Virus record (IMG/VR): IMGVR_UViG_3300037851_000677
Span: 1 to 34,517 of that record
DNA length: 34,517 nucleotides
Reading direction: 5' to 3' (one strand)
Origin: a virus
Lineage: Duplodnaviria > Caudoviricetes
Part shown: one piece after another, positions 32,912 through 34,517 of the stretch
Layout of the letters: every line of letters begins with the position of its first letter
Numbering within the stretch: the stretch's first letter is position 1
Position numbers and translations under genes: made by a program
The notes under the pieces: generated by a model
What the model saw: the letters and a program-made list of their open reading frames with translations, nothing else
What the model was told of the DNA's origin: nothing
Database searches by the model: none

Positions 32912-34517
32912 GCAAGGTGGTCTGGGTCGAGGCGAGCCCCCGCAATCCGGCGACGGCACTGCCGACGCCGGTGCTCCTCGCAGGAGGGGGACAGAGTGCT
33001 CCCTACCGCCATCCCGTCGATGGACGACAGTTCCGCGCCGGGGTGGTTCGCCGCCCGCTGTTCTCGGCACGGCTCGGCTTCGATGAGACGGGCTGGAATG
33101 GCTCAACGCGGCCGCAGACAAGCGTCATCGCCTTTTCGACTGCCGATGCGGCGCTGCGCGCCGCGCTGGCAGGGCTGGTATGGAAGGATGCTCCGGTCAC
33201 GGTCTCGGTTGGCGCGGAGGGGGCCGCGCCCGTCGTCACCCTGCTCGGCAAGGTCCAGGACGCAGAGTTCACCCGTGCGGGGCTTTCGCTGACGGTCATC
33301 GATCTGTCGGAACGGCTTGAGCGTGCCATTATCACCAAGCAGTTCGCTGGCAGCGGTGGGATCGAAGGCCCGGTTGAAGCCAAAGGCCGGGTCAAGCGGC
33401 GCAGCTGGGGCTACGTCTTCAATGTCGAGGGGCGGCTGATCGACGCTGCCAACAGCGTCTATGAGTTCGGCGATCCGGCCTTTCCGCTGACGAGCTGGGC
33501 TGCGCTGCGCGACAAGGGCCGCGAAGGCAGCTTCACAACCGTTGCCTGGCAGGGCTCGATCGCGGCAACGCTGGCCGCCCTGGCGGCAAGTTCGCCGGTG
33601 CGCGGCGGCGGTGTCGTAGCTCCGTCGATCGCGTGCGCGAAGTGGTGGACGCAGCCTGCAGGGCCGCTGACCGCCGATTTCGTCGGGACCGCAGGTACGG
33701 GCGGATCGATGCAGGCCGCGGCCATCGGCGATGCGATCAGCCAGGCGGGCGGCGGACCAGCCTTCGCCGGTCTGGCGGCAGCGAATGCGTCGAGGCCCGG
33801 CCTGGCGGGTATCCATGTCGCCGGCCTCAATGAGAGCTTTGCCCAGGCGATCGACCGGCTGCTCCTGGGGGTTTCGTTGCTCTGGCTGCCGAAACCCGAT
33901 GGCACGGTGGTGGTGCGCGAATGGGCGTTCAATCCGGCTGCCCCGATCGTGAAGGGCATTTTCAAGGGGCGTTCACGGACCTTCCCGCCGCATGGCAGAC
34001 GGCGGCTCGGCTTCCAGCGCAACGAGCGGCAGCACAACGATAGCGAGATCGCCGGTATCCTGCTCGAGGAGCTGACCGACGGGGATACCCCTCTACTGCC
34101 CGGAGACCTGCTCAACAGCGAGCAGGAATGGGAAGATGTCCAGAACGGGGCAGGCACCCGCCCGGCCGACAACGCCACGGTCGGAGCGACCTTGGGCACC
34201 AACCTCCTGTCGCCGGGAGCCGTCATCTATACCCCCGCACAGATAGAGACCCTGCTGGGCATCTCGGCAGGGTTCACCGGCCAGACCGCCTGGGCCACGT
34301 CGTCGATCCCTACTGCCCGGCTCAACAATCTGAGCGACACCGGCGTCTTCGCTTCGTTGGCCAACATCACTGCCCGCGACCTCAATCTGCTGACCGGGCG
34401 TGCATGGACCAACCTGTTCCGAGCCAACGGCACTACGCCGATCGCGGATGCCGACGCTATCACCTCGCTCGGCACAGCCGCCGCGATCGCGGGCCAGGGC
34501 CTGCTCGCGACCCGCAG
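32908..34517 (+). CDS. Tail tip/fibre protein, 3' truncated
   Basis: ATGA overlap with the TMP stop; frame open to the window end by hand translation (MSKVVWVEASP...KRRSWGYVFNV...RPADNATVGA...ITSLGTAAAIAGQG); absent from the ORF track because there is no stop. Confidence 0.82.
   Translation, partial: MSKVVWVEASPRNPATALPTPVLLAGGGQSAPYRHPVDGRQFRAGVVRRPLFSARLGFDETGWNGSTRPQTSVIAFSTADAALRAALAGLVWKDAPVTVSVGAEGAAPVVTLLGKVQDAEFTRAGLSLTVIDLSERLERAIITKQFAGSGGIEGPVEAKGRVKRRSWGYVFNVEGRLIDAANSVYEFGDPAFPLTSWAALRDKGREGSFTTVAWQGSIAATLAALAASSPVRGGGVVAPSIACAKWWTQPAGPLTADFVGTAGTGGSMQAAAIGDAISQAGGGPAFAGLAAANASRPGLAGIHVAGLNESFAQAIDRLLLGVSLLWLPKPDGTVVVREWAFNPAAPIVKGIFKGRSRTFPPHGRRRLGFQRNERQHNDSEIAGILLEELTDGDTPLLPGDLLNSEQEWEDVQNGAGTRPADNATVGATLGTNLLSPGAVIYTPAQIETLLGISAGFTGQTAWATSSIPTARLNNLSDTGVFASLANITARDLNLLTGRAWTNLFRANGTTPIADADAITSLGTAAAIAGQGLLATR

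Larger units (their letters stand above)
135..34517. mobile_element. Mu-like transposable prophage with non-contractile tail, right part beyond window
   Basis: DDE transposase A, ATPase B, Ner, Gam, GemA, Mor, Com, Mu-type terminases, portal, F, I, gp36, G and tail genes. Left boundary inferred from TG at 135 and the repeats at 141-456, so the exact base is uncertain. Confidence 0.93.

Noticed and set aside
32908-34517. Invertible tail-fibre segment or diversity-generating retroelement
   Set aside because: No invertase, reverse transcriptase or paired repeats seen in the window; the gene is truncated, so downstream sequence cannot be judged.

Overview
Almost the whole window is the left ~34 kb of a Mu-like transposable prophage with a non-contractile (sipho-type) tail, in a GC-rich alphaproteobacterium (probably Sphingomonadales; inferred from the flanking host gene and a GapR homologue). 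A truncated host ORF at 1-124 is followed by a probable prophage end (TG at ~135 plus repeated motifs). The immunity switch (S24/HTH repressor versus Ner) sits centrally at ~18 kb. Leftward on the - strand are ner, transposase A and B, gam, small early genes, gemA, a Mor/C-type activator, gp25/gp26, terminases, portal, MuF, then com and two DNA methyltransferases. Rightward on the + strand are an accessory block (exported protein, thermonuclease, XRE + ImmA/IrrE + two micro-ORFs), protease/scaffold, capsid, GapR, neck, tail tube, frameshifted chaperones, tape measure and a truncated tail-tip gene. The strongest leads are: (1) an Acb1-like 2H phosphodiesterase inserted in the portal, bracketed by the same (S/A)FA(E/A) motif that recurs in the protease/scaffold and at the capsid N-terminus, suggesting protease-released anti-defence cargo; (2) a C5 methyltransferase apparently split over two fully overlapping reading frames; (3) a MuF-BECR nuclease fusion followed by a structured non-coding element rather than an immunity gene; (4) a shared palindromic box in front of both divergent late operons. 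All family calls come from motif recognition; no database search was run.
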